A DNA stretch of 63,669 bases, filler included, from Octopus bimaculoides (Eukaryota): the NCBI RefSeq assembly GCF_001194135.2. It is 6 parts of 4 records of this genome, joined end to end, with 100 filler letters (N's around TTAATTAATTAA, not from the genome) between each part and the next. Parts side by side here need not be neighbours in the genome. Positions count along the whole stretch, not along the records: positions 21,523 to 35,014 come from NC_068982.1; 5 more parts are not named here. One strand, written 5' to 3'. Positions 22,508-34,790 of the stretch are shown here, one piece after another. The notes under the pieces are model-generated. The model was not told where the DNA came from, ran no database searches, and saw nothing but the letters and a program-made list of their open reading frames with translations. The position numbers and the translations under genes were made by a program. The first letter of the stretch is position 1; every line of letters starts with the position of its first letter.

Positions 22508-25500
22508 ATTACAGGCCCCCAATAATTACAGGTATAAACCTGAACTTGTAATCTGTATAGAGTAACTTCAGATTTCTCAATAGTTCAGCATAGGTGTTCT
22601 CTTTATCACTGATCTTCAGCTTTATGTTAACATTCGCTAGGCAGCTAATTTCCCCGGCTGTGTACAATTTCTCTGTCCCGAATCATTATATCAGGTCCCA
22701 AATCATTATATCAGGTCCCAAATGATTATATCAGTGCTTCTACGATACTGTGGGTTCTTATTTCGGTGACATTATGATTATCCTTCCGACGGATTTCATT
22801 ATAGATTGTCCTAGTTACAACATCATGTCTCATCGGTAGATAATACCGTGATGGCATTTTCGGACAAATGCTTATGATGTGGGTGATATCTTCAGTGTGA
22901 ACTCCACAAAGTCTGCATTGGTTGTCACATTTTACGGCTTTTCTTGCATCTCTATTGCTTTTGTGCATCAAACGCATACCCTTCAAAGTGGGAGGTAGTA
23001 ACCCGGCTATTGGTCCATGATAAATTGCTTTGATGATCGATTTTACTATCATCACGGAGCTTTTTACTAATATATCCACGCATAGTCTTCTGCTCATAAA
23101 AGCTTATCCTTTCATCTGATGATACGTTGCAGTAGAGTCGTGCGACTTCTTTGGACATGTATTCTAGGTTATCAAAGAGTGTTGCTCAAGGAGCTGCCTT
23201 CCAAGTATTATGATGTTATCAGCTTCATGTCAAGGGATGCACTTCGACACTTGGTGGTTAAAAGATGTTACTGAAGGGATATCATGCGACATTCAAAGGC
23301 ATTTTGGATCGATGTTAAGCCTCTGCCGCTTTGTTTTTGCTTTAGGTAGAATCGGTCTATGTCACAGTTTATGTGGAAATTATGTGTGCTTGTTCGTATT
23401 TTTCGGATTTCCACATCAATGGTTCGGATCTCATCAAGTGTCCCTCAAGCCACCCAAATGTTGGCATGAGTACTGGCACTGCAAACACATTTTTGGGCCA
23501 CTGTTTTATTGAATATAGTAAGTTCTGAGGCCCAAATTTTCTTTATTCTGCTGTAATATTCTTTAGTGACGCGTGTTTTGTTATCGGCGCCATTGTAAGA
23601 TATATTTTCATCCACCCCTACATACCTGTAACATTCCTCGTCACATACAGGGAAACAGTCAAAATCATTGATGAAGATGTTACTAGTCTGGTTTATAATT
23701 TTCCCCGATTTTCACAACCGTATAAGAACATTTATCCTGACAAATTCCAACCCTACATTCTTTGAGAATGCTGTAACTAAATCAAGGCTATTTTTCATAT
23801 CATACATATTCTTTGCATTAAGTTTTATGTCATCCACAAAGAAACAGTGTGTAATTTTGGTATTTTTGCTTTCTTGTGAACCAGTGAGATATCCTTCAGA
23901 CTTTCTTAATATGAATGACAAGGGGTTTACAGAAAGTGTAACCAACATCACAGAGAGGCTGTCTCTTTGGCATATGCCTTTGCGATACTATATTCTATCG
24001 GTGATAATACAATCACTCTTTGTGTTTAAATTCAAGATGGTTGCCCACGATGAAGTCTGGTCAGCTATAGCTTTGACTATTCTTACTGGAACTTTAGCAA
24101 GTTGAAGGGCTTCTAGCATTCATGAGTGGGGAACAGAGTCAAATGCTTTCTTGTAGTCTAGCCACATTAAAATTAGGTTCCTCCTATGCTCTCACACTCT
24201 TAACATCATAGTTTTGTTGATTAACAATTGCTCGGCACACAGCTAGGCTCCCTTCTTCCCAGCGGCTTGTTCTGCTGTAGTAATGTTATTGGTTTCAAAA
24301 TGGTCCTGGATGAAGGGTTTTAAACATGCTGTATACATTTTATACATTAAGTTCTGGCATGCAATTGGCCAGTAGCCTTTTGCCATGTGGGTGGTTCTGC
24401 TCTCTCATGTCTCTGTATGCTGCTGCCTGGTTGCCGTTAATTTTTTTGTTTATTGTTCTCTCGGTTATTCTCTTCTGATGTCGGAGTTTTTCACTGACAG
24501 CTCATGCTTGGGGGTAATCAGTTTGCAAGTGAGTATCTTCTTTTTGCTGTCTCCAAACATCATTTCTATCTCTACTTTCTATTGGTGGAACGTATAGTGA
24601 TTTGCTTGTTTGCATGCAATAAGCATCATTACGTGACTAATGGTCTTCCGTAAACCAGTTATCTTTTTCTCTGTCTTCAAAACCCATGATGGTACTTTCT
24701 TTGCTATTTCGGTTTTGTTTACTTTTTGAATATCATTCATGTACTGTTTTTCAGTAGTAACCAGGGCATATAGAGAAGCATTAATCTGCCAGTATGTGGT
24801 TCATCAAACTTTTGTAAATATTCATCATCAATTTCATTAACAGCTTTTAATACCGTATCTGGTGCTTTTTTTTTACTTACTTTGGTAGAAAATAATCTCT
24901 CCTAGAGAGAGTACTTCAATCAAAGCCAAAGTTATTTTTTCTCGGAAAATTTTGTAAGGACACATTTCACCGGCATATAATCCTGACTACCACTATTACT
25001 ACCAATAATCGTTGCGGTTGTACCTGCTATTCACCATAGTCGTAGTAGGGGATCAGTGGTCAGTTACTTGAGTCAGTAATGTAGTTTGGCTGGCAGGCAC
25101 TATGGAATCTGTTGGAATGTCGCTAGCTGCGAAACCACGTGGTGGTCTTATATCATTCATGTTTTCGTTTTTGTTTATAGAGTTGGGAAGAAGGTTAATT
25201 TTCGATTTTTTAATAAATTTACAGTTACTAACCTTCTGATGTTCTACAAATGTTGCTTGTTGGCGTAGTTGCTTCGCAGTAAAATGATTTAATTCTGGAT
25301 GCAGATCGTCCCAATATGATTTCAGTCGATTCATACAGCCAACAGCAGGGATTTATTTCGCATTTTTGTAACGGTTAAATAGTTCATTATCGAATTCATA
25401 ACTCCAAGTGAAATGAGTTTTGTAGTTATGGTTTCTTCTACAACTAAGGCTAGAAAGAATTTGTTTACATGTTGAGCGGTTCTTGTCGTTCTGTTCCTCG

Positions 25501-25620
25501 ATTGTGTTGTTGTTGATGTTGTGTCCAGCCATGTCGTAAATACTTGCATGCTTCCTGCATGCTGTTCTCCCTGCAGGCTGTGCTCCCTGCATGCTAAATT
25601 CAAGTTTCAGTCGAAAATCA
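22505..25620 (-). mobile_element. R4/Dong-clade (restriction-like endonuclease) non-LTR retrotransposon, nearly full length but decayed
   Basis: In order on -: N-terminal MNRLKSYWDDLHPELNHFTAKQLRQQA, RT ITHCFFVDDIKL, CRLCG...HIISICP zinc knuckle, RHD motif, PDI(I/M)IxD nuclease motif and FIPVIIG C-terminus; many stops and frameshifts. Confidence 0.85.
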
Positions 25621-25747
25621 CTACGATCGTGAATAAATGATTCCCTCAGTTAATTCATCTGAAGATTAACCAGTTATTTAACAAGGCTAATAGTTGTGGC
25701 TCCAAAGCTGGAGATCGTATTCAGATTTATTTTTGGCGCACTGGGAC

Positions 25748-26115
25748 ATGTAACACACTGCCTAAATACCAATCTTGAGAAATTAGGCTTCTCAAAATCA
25801 GAATAGACAAAGTTGATTCGAAGACTACAAATCCAATCCATCACTGGAACTGTAAAAATCTAAAACTTTCCAGTAGTTTGTCATTTAAGTATATATGCAC
25901 ATGTCTAGACATGAAACTATATGCATGAGAGTACATACATAAAACAAAACATATAACTTTGCACATGCAGTGACTCCAAATACTGCGCATATACACAAAT
26001 AGATGAAAAAATACCCTATTGATGTTGATGAAATTCCAATCAAGGAGCCCTGGATCTATATTCGAAATCGGCTCTTTCTTTATTGGCAAGAAATCTTGAA
26101 ATAAAACTGAATAAT
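25748..26115 (-). repeat. Right, inverted copy of the ~0.4-kb repeat
   Basis: Reverse complement aligns to 22087-22507. Confidence 0.85.
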
Positions 26116-26185
26116 CACCCCCCCCCCACACACATGTACAAGGTNNNNNNNNNNCCCCCCCCCCCACACACACACACATGTACAA

Positions 26186-26760
26186 GGTGTTCAGGAAAAT
26201 TTAAAAGTTTCCATACAAGGAAATAAAATAATTAATTTCGCATGCAAATAATAAAAGTTTTTTAAAACATCAAATTTTCAACTAGATTATGGCCGGGAGA
26301 TACCAGTTTACTCATAGTAGCCGCCCTCAGCTTCCACCACGGCCTCAGAACGGCTCTAGAACTTAATGCATGCGTTACTGAATCTCCAGGAAGGACTTCA
26401 AACACTTCCTTGATATGAACCACCAGCTTGGCCTTGGTGTTTTTCTCAACCACGCCCTACTCATAGTAATCCGTGGGAAGAGAATAGAGGGAATTAGGAG
26501 CTAAGAAATTGGGGCTAGTGAAGTCGTAGGGATTCTCTGAAAACCATGTGGCAAGGAGCCTAATCCTACTGCCACACATATGACCTTCCAACAGTAACTC
26601 CCAACAACTAGTGCTTTACCACTGTCTCCAGCAGCTTCACATAGCCATCTGAATTGAGTTGAAGCTCTTGTTCCAAGACTTGTGGCGGCATGACTGGAGA
26701 CACACACAAAGACCATCACAGTTAGCGGGAAACTGGTTTCCATTATACCGGGGACATTAC
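26186..26760 (-). mobile_element. Tc1/mariner superfamily (Tc1/maT-like) transposase 3' remnant
   Basis: Degenerate VMVF..VSS, YVWQ*D*APCH and PNS....DYY..GVVEKNT segments; TIR-like tacaaggtgttcaggaaaa at the left end. Confidence 0.65.
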
Positions 26761-27226
26761 AAGGATTGTAGGTAAGCCAACTTTTATTTTAGGTGTTGTG
26801 CAACTGGCTCTGGCAGATCTTTTCGCCTGAGAAGAACCAGAACCTCTACGGCTCAACAGGATACCTTAGCTTTTTCAGGAACTTCTTTACCTTTGTCAGT
26901 CGGATTTTCTTGACCTTGACTGTCAAAATTTGTCCCTTTCGCCTCTTGTACGAGTGATAGCGAAGGTCCGCATTCAGGGCCATCTCCATGGGAGCGTCTC
27001 TCATATTCATCCCTCTCCCCAAAGCTCAGATTCTGTTGCACGGATCTTCTATCATCTTGTCCTGCAGTTGTTGAATGAATTCTGATGTGCAACGCAATCA
27101 AAATATCTGAGGTGTCCCTTCTGTTGGCTACGGTTTCTTTGTCTCCGTTGTAGCTATCCATGTCACTTCTTACAACCTTTACAAAGTTTACAGAACATTG
27201 AGCAACAGACATAATTTCGGCATACC

Positions 27227-27476
27227 CACCGAAAATGTAGCTCAAAGTTTACCATTTTAACACCGTTGTCGAGATCAAGGCGAATCGCAGAAGGTCCTCA
27301 ACTCATTTGCGGAAAATAACTTCCAAGCCGGATTCCAAAAGTGGTAGGAAGTTGGGACCAGTATATAGCTGCACAAGGTGACTCTTTCGAAGGAGATGAT
27401 GTTAAAACTTAGGAAAATACGTTATTTTTTTTTTATAAAATATAACTAGTCCGGGAACTGTTTGATTCCACCTCGT
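27227..27476 (+). mobile_element. mariner 3' end remnant with right TIR
   Basis: PKM*LKVYHFNTVVEIKA..QKVLN...FQKW...IAAQGD.FEG, ending gtccgggaactgtttgattccacctcgt. Confidence 0.7.
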
Positions 27477-28559
27477 TTAACTCGGAAATTTGGATAGCTT
27501 TGTTATAATACTCCGACTGATAAGGTTTCTATATTTACTTCTTACTGTGTCTCTTATCCTCGTCACATACAATGTTTCTTCATCAATCTAAACACTATAT
27601 TCACAGAGTTGTTACGAGTGAAATATTATCTAATGGCCAAAATTCGACGAATAGAGCTTCTATTACTCACAAACAGACTCTTTACAGGTTCAGCTTTGTT
27701 TGCAGAATGTATTTCATAGAACAAACACTGCTTCTTGACATCTTTACTTTGTATCACCTCCCAGACATCGCAACCAAAACTTTGCCGTGTGCTCTTCAGA
27801 ATTGCTATTCGCCAGAATTTACTTCCTTATATAGGTCACCGATTAATTGATACTCCATAAGAATACCAATGCTGTCGATGACTGTAGCCTATGAATGTTT
27901 TCAATAACATAGACTCTGCGCTTCCTCCCCTCACTAATTTACACAAATATAATTACTTTTGATGTCTTAAGAGGGCAATTATGCATACTAAAAGCCAAGG
28001 TCGTATATCTTTACATGCTGTGCTACAACGCCTGACGTTTTTTTTTTCTCCAAAATTTTTAGATCTGAACAAAATTTCTTATTCAGACATTTGTCAAATT
28101 AGAGACTTGCTCTTTAATACAGTTTATATATGTAATACTTCATGGAATAAATATGTGTGCACTTCAAATTTAAGGAGTGTTTTTTAGGACACAGAACGTC
28201 TACAACTACGTTTTACAGGATGCTACTTAGAGTAAGAGTTATTCTCTTCATTTCTGTATTTCCTTTTCTACTTGTCACTGCTAACATTAATTTGAATCAT
28301 CATACTCTATCTCATATACTAGTCATTCTGTGCGTTGGTTATATTCTCGTCTTAATTTTCAGTTTTAAGTTTGTGTACAGGCATTATAAATGAGTGCAAC
28401 TGTTAAATAATTAGTAGTTCAATTTGCTTTCATCAATATTAAGTAAATTATAGGTAATTAAATAACCCGTGAGAAACATGTTTCGTATTAAGTGCTACAT
28501 AATTGTGTGAAAGCGGTTGAAATAGTGAAAGAAAGTGTGAAGTCATTATGCTTATGCCT

Positions 28560-28992
28560 AAGACGGCGAGCTGGCAGAAACGTTAGCACGCCGGGCGAAG
28601 GGCTTAGCGGTATTTCGTCTGCTGTTACGTTCTGAGTTCAAATTCCGCCGAGGTCTACTTTGCCTTTCATCCTTTCGGGGTCGATAAATTAAGTACCAGT
28701 TGCACACTGGGGTCGATGTAGTCGACATAATCCGTTTGTCTGTCCTTGTTTTTCCCCTCTATGTTTAGCCCCTTTTGTAGGCAATAAAGAAATCAGAAAC
28801 GTTGGCACGCCGGGCGAAATGCTTATCGGTATTTCGTCTGTCTTCACGTTCTGAGTTCAAATTCCGCCGAGGTCGACTTTGCCTTTCATCCTTTAGAGGT
28901 CGATAAATTAAGTACTAGTTGCGTACTGGGATCGATTTAATCGACTGGCCCCCTCCCCCAAAATTTCGGGCCTTGTGCCTAGAGTAGAAAAG
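28560..28992 (+). mobile_element. tRNA-derived SINE family A, dimeric copy; other copies at about 6285-6970, 15325-15740, 15915-16120, 18410-18600, 18615-18965, 19070-19279, 36585-36740, 39680-39825, 50880-51030 (+) and 51710-52130 (-)
   Basis: A-box-like tggcagaaacgttag, B-box-like gagttcaaattcc, conserved gcctttcatcctttcggggtcgataaattaagtacc core and (att)n tails; more than 10 recognisable copies. Confidence 0.85.
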
Positions 28993-29444
28993 AAGTGTCA
29001 TACTTGTGCTTTTTGCATGATAGTTTACAGTTTATGTGAAGAGGAAAAAAAATCAGTTTTGAAAATATGACATGCTGAGATCTACCTCCTTTAGTTTTAG
29101 TTCTCAGCAACCACATGGTTTCGGATTTTGTCCCCAAAACAATATATGAAGGTAATAGTATAGATTAAGTTTCCAGAGGCACAAGTGAAATTTTTATTTA
29201 TCTTAAATATTTCGGTTGCATTTTGCTCTTGATAATTTATACCGCTTCTCACACTTCTTAGATCATGCATGTCGTATTTATACTGAGTTAGTCACATCAC
29301 GTGCTATGCATTTCACGTGCCATAATAATTACTATAGTACATCACGTGTGCCTCGGGCTAGTCAGTTAATAGTGATTACAATTAAAACGAGAATATCTGA
29401 CGCCGAGGCCTAAAACTGCTTTCGATTTTTCCTCACCCATCGTT

Positions 29445-31472
29445 ATGGCTACTAAGAAGAGAAAGGTTGATGATGAATGTCGTATTTTCAATAAAGAATA
29501 GGGAGAAATGTACTTCTTTGGGGGAAACAAACGACCAGAAAGCTAGATGCCTGATATGCAACGAAAGTGTTGCTGTTATGAAATAATACAATATTCGTCG
29601 TCACTACTAAGCAAAACATCTCAACACATTCTAAATATTGTGGAAAATTGCGGTCTGAGAAATTTGAATGCATGAATCGTAGTTTGGAATCTGAAAGGAA
29701 TTTCTTTACGAAAAAGTTTGTTGGAAATAAATCTATCACTCGTGCAAGTTGCAAAATAGTGAATAAGTAGGTAGAGCGAGGAAAACAATTTACTGACGGA
29801 AACGTTATAAAAGAGTGTATGATGGAAGTAGCAAATGACTTGTGTCCTGAAAGAGCTAACATGTTAGGCTGTATCAGCCTTTCAGCACGTTCAGTTTTGC
29901 GGACGATAGAACAACTTGAAGAGAATATACAGTTACAGATACATGAGAAAGGTAAGAAATTGTTGTGGTATTCTTTTGAGATGGATGAGTCTACTGATCT
30001 CTCTAGTACATCACAACGTCATGTGTTCATTCGTGGTGTTAATTGCAACTTTCAGATTATAGAAGAAATGGCATCTGTTTGCAGTGTACATGGAACCACA
30101 ACTGGAGAAGATATTTTCATAGAGGTACAGAAGACTTTGCAAAACTATAACCTTCAGTAGAATCAGCTTCGATATGTTACAGTTGATGGAGGAAAAAAAC
30201 ATGGCAGATGTGAGGAAAGGTTTGGTAGGGCGGATCCAGACCAAGTTGGAGGAGCTTTAACTTCCGAAAGCTTTGTTTATACACTGCATTATACAGCAGC
30301 ATGCACTCTGTGGAAAACACTTAGATATTTCTTGCGTACTAAAACCGGTTACAACTGTGGCGAACTTTATTCAGAATCATGGGCTTAATCACCGACAGTT
30401 CCAGGTTTTCCTTGAAGAAATGGATCCTAATTTCTGTGACTGGCCTTACTACCCAAGTGAGATGGCTTAGTTGCGGTAAAGTCTTGTTTCGTTTTTATAA
30501 GCTCCTAAGAAAAATAGATCTTTGTCTCACCAAAAAGAATAGAGCTGATTCACAGCTGTCAGATCCTTCATGGTTATCAAAGTTATTATTTTTAGTTGAC
30601 ATCACTTCTCATATGAATGAATTGAATTTAAAACTGCAAGGAAAGAATAACCTTATCTGTGATCTCTACAGAATTATTACAGCTTTTCGGGGAAAGCTAT
30701 CTTCGTTTGAAGTACAACTTGAAGGAGGAAACTTCTCTCATTTTCAGTTTCAGTGTTTTTAAGAGTTTTGCACAGAAAATGTGGAACATGTTAACCTCGA
30801 GTTTCAGGAAAAAATTATTCGGGTCTTAAATAAGCATTTTTCTCAAAGATTTTCAGAGCTTGACAGAATTGAGAATGAAATTCTTTTGTTTGAGAATCCC
30901 TTTGGCTGTTATCTTGATAACATGCTAACTGAAATACAACTGGAGCTTATTGATTTGCAAGCTAATACCTTGTTGAAAGAGAAGCACAGAGAAGGAATTT
31001 TCAAAATTGAAAAGAATTGCCATCAGTGTTTGGAACAACGTATGTTTGTGAGCACAAAAGTGATGTGTGTGAAGCCAATACATCGAACAAGGCTCACTGA
31101 TGAACATTTGAAAGCAATTCTTATAGTTGGCTGCAGTAATCATAAAGCAAATGTTGATATTTTGGAAGCAAAATGCCAATTTCACAAATCTCATTAACTT
31201 TTGTGCTGCTTACTTTTTATGCAATTCAGCTATGTGTGCACTTTTTCTAAAAATTCTAACTTGGTAATATTTTGGTATTATTAAAATATATTTATTGTTT
31301 TTATTTTGTATATTTTATGTATTGATATATAAATAGGATGACTGTCTTTATTTTTTGTGTATATTCAGTGTATTCTATATTGTACTGAATTGAACAAAAT
31401 ATTTATCCGGCCCGCGCTCGGCATGCTTTTACCTATATCGGGCCCACTATGAAAACATTTTGGTGACCCCTG
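29445..31472 (+). mobile_element. hAT (Buster/SPIN, GTF2IRD2-like) transposase pseudogene with right TIR
   Basis: MATKKRKVDDECRIF, CLIC...YNIRRHY zinc finger, MDESTD, TVDG, HCIIQQHALC, RWLS; multiple stops. Right end tggtgacccctg at 31461-31472; left TIR not found. Confidence 0.9.
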
Positions 31473-32061
31473 CTTTACTATATAAAATTTCATGAAATTT
31501 GTGACGAAATGTTATTATTCGTATCCTCGATGTATCCTCCATTAACTGTATATCAAAATCATACATATTCTATGTCTTTTGCATCTGAAGCTTAGAGAAC
31601 AATCTCTAACAGCTTAATTAGCTTAAATTATTTCAATTTACATACATATGTGTCAACATTATATTAACTATTATATTGGTTAATATCTATTTTCATCGAG
31701 AACGTGTTAAAAAAACTTACTGAACACAAATTGTTTCCAGGACCTTGGAATTATTGTTCAAGTGTATATACCCAACATTTTGCACTAAGATTTGAACTTA
31801 AATATATAATTAATTCATGTCACATGACCTGAAAACAACCTAAATATAAAGCTAAATGGCAATAAATAGAAATTATAAAAGAGAACAAAAATATAAATTT
31901 ACAATTTTAATTATGAAGGGTTTTGTTTGTATGTATATAATTTTGTATAAAATTGTTTAGACAATGATATAGAAAATATACAGCGATGAATGTTTTAACA
32001 AAGTTATTTTTAAAATTTAAATTTCATTTTATAGAACATTTTGAAAGTAACTCTATAATGT

Positions 32062-33202
32062 TCAGGGAAAAGTGCTTTCTACCTTCTTTTTCGGTGGGTT
32101 TTCTTTTACGTAAATTGTCCAAAGATATTTTACGAGATCTGAAACAACCAAATCAGTTGAGTTTTTGCCAACAACTCTCATTAACAGTACACCGTCAAGT
32201 TTGAGATAGTCATCTGCGAATGCTAAACATGCGCGTTTGGAAGGTTTATCCATGCCTATATCATTGATAGTTAGATACTTAAAAATATAGTTGACATAAC
32301 TCCTTTTAGAAAGCATCCTATATACCCATCCTAATAAATTAAGCAGACAGAGCCCGCTGATTACCGCAAAAAAGAACCATAAAAACATAAATACTTTTTC
32401 GTTTAGAACATTTATAGGCAAGACACATTGCGTTTTTAGCGTTACTACTTGACTCATCTGTCGAAATTTATAATCACAATATGCGATCCGTGGGAATATC
32501 GAATTATTAAACATAACTTCATTATTCTGCACATATTCTGCTACATGTAATCCGAAACTAGAAAACTCAATTCTTAAAAGACTATTTAGCAAGTAGAATT
32601 GAGATATTGCATTTAAGCAATATAATAACTTCATAATGAAATACAAGATTGTGAGATATGATCCCCGTTTAGGTTTAATTAGAGAAAGTAAATTGCGGCT
32701 CCTCCGTTTATTCGATACAATCCATCGATTAATATAATCGCCGATATGTTCGATTGTTTCATCTCGATCCTTCTCCGAGCCAAGCTGTGTCTTTTCTGAG
32801 AGTTGCGCAATTTTTTCTAGATTCATACCCGATCCTTTGTTCGTCATTTGCCAAATTATATTTGGCGTCTTGAATAACAAAGCTTCAAATAACAAAATTA
32901 TCGGAATCCATAGGTAATAATGAATGACATCTCTCTTTTCAGTTAAGTTTGAGGTGCTATCTGGAACATGATACAGTGGGCCCGTCCAACAGAATGTTTC
33001 AATATAATCTCGTTCATCTTTTCCTTCTTTAGGTATATAACAAGTAATAGCATTTCCTATATATGTACCGCCTGTGACCACAATCGAAAATATAACGAGA
33101 ATACAAACTGTGTAAATGTGATTGATTCGGTCAATAAGGTCATCGTCGTAGTTGCCCGCAAGTTTCGAAAATGAGGCAAACTCAGCTATTGATTCAAATA
33201 TC
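32062..33202 (-). CDS. inx: Innexin (invertebrate gap-junction/pannexin-family channel), main coding exon; about 380 aa if the upstream exon supplies AT of ATG
   Basis: Intact ORF with DDDLIDRINHIYT N-terminal motif, four hydrophobic segments, two Cys in each extracellular loop (ITCYIP, TFCWT; AYCDY, TQCVLP), YYLW (canonical YYQW), LLFKTP, FPR and NEKVF. The first 33 residues of the supplied 413-aa ORF are an intronic pyrimidine tract ending ttttctatatttcag at 33203. Confidence 0.96.
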
Positions 33203-33763
33203 CTGAAATATAGAAAATGAAAGTGATTTAAGTGACAGGTTATTAGTATCATATTTAATAATAAAAATCGATCGATGTATTTGATTATAGAAAAGGAAAA
33301 CATGACTTAAGGAATATAGTTTTCCAAGTTTCTCTGTCCAAAGCCTGCACATTCATTACTGTTTATCTTACCACCATCTCGAGAATTAGATGATTAGGAA
33401 TAATAAAATTTCTCAAAAAATTAGGTTTTTTCATGGATTTCTATAAAGTTCGAACAATCTTATAAGTTTCGATATCTAAGAAAATATTTTTATTCAATGC
33501 AAGTATGAATGAAACTGTTACAGTATTCTGAAATAATTGGCAGATCCATCTTCCTATCACTTTATTCAATGGGTCTATATGCCATCAGTATTTTTTCACT
33601 GCAGCTGGATATATTATTGGAAGATACGAAAATAAAATTTGCGAAAGCTACCTTCCAGTAATTTCTACTTCTCTACCGTATAGTAAATACTAAATATTAT
33701 GCAGGTGACGATAGTATTGATCTTTTTCTTAAATAAAAGTAACTAGTAGCGACTCTCTTGAAA

Positions 33764-34700
33764 ATGGACACAGAGTGGCATCGTGGTGTTATCAAGTACC
33801 TTCAGAAAAAGTAATTAGCCCAGGGTTGCTGAATTTGGAAGGAGAAGGTAGAGTCTTGAAGATCACCCAAGATCTGGACGCCTTGCAAATGCCACAGAGG
33901 AAAATATTGATCGTGTTCACCACATGGTGAAGGATAACAAGTGGTTGACTGTATATCAAATAACCAATGCTATTAACATATCCTGTGAAAGAGTTGAGAA
34001 TATTCTCCACAAATGTTTCTGTTCGGTGGGTGCCACATCATCTGACACCTGATCAAAAGTGCACCAGTTTGATCACATCACAAGAAAAACTGACATTGTT
34101 TGAGGTGGACCCAGCTGGTTTCCTTGAACATTTCCTAACCCAAATGAATATTGGGCTTATCACTTTGAGCCAGACAAAAAAAAAGACAATCCATGCAGTC
34201 GAAATACCTGTATTCATCTACTCCAAAGAAGGCAGAGATAATGATGGCCTCAATTTTGGCAGACGGAAAAGGTATTGTCTTTATTGATTCTCTTCAAAAG
34301 GGCCACACCATCAATAGAAAATATTATGCCAGCTTACTGAGGCAGTTACAAAACACTATCAACACCAAAAGCCCAAGAAATCTGACGAAAGAAGCCTAGT
34401 TTCATCAAGTCTTTTGTTTCAATGGCTGCTCTAGGTGACTGTGTTATTTGAATTGCTTGATAAGCCTCCTTATTATCCTGATTTGGCCCCATCTGATTAT
34501 CATCTGTTCCTCAACATAAAAAAAAGAAACATTTGACTGGGAGCCAGTATTGTAGTGAGGATGACGTCATATCTGCTGTTGATTTTTTTTAACCATCAGG
34601 ATGTAAGTTTCTTCACCGATGGGACTAATGAGGCAATACGGACACAATAATGAGTGCAATGAGAAATATGCTGAAAAATAAACTCCATTTAGTCACATTC
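33764..34700 (+). mobile_element. mariner transposase pseudogene upstream of the innexin exon
   Basis: RWVPHHLT, GIVFIDSLQKGHTIN..YY, PPYYPDLAPSDYHLF motifs with frameshifts and an internal deletion. Confidence 0.88.
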
Positions 34701-34749
34701 AGACGCGCCCCCACATACACACACATACACACGCACACACACACATACA

Positions 34750-34790
<41 letters not shown>

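Noticed and set aside
31088-31110. CTGATGA-acattt-GAAA motif
   Set aside because: Lies in the hAT transposase coding frame (LTDEHLK) with no supporting stems.
33203-33303. N-terminal 33 aa of the 413-aa innexin ORF
   Set aside because: Reads through an intronic AT-rich pyrimidine tract ending in a canonical acceptor; no innexin similarity.
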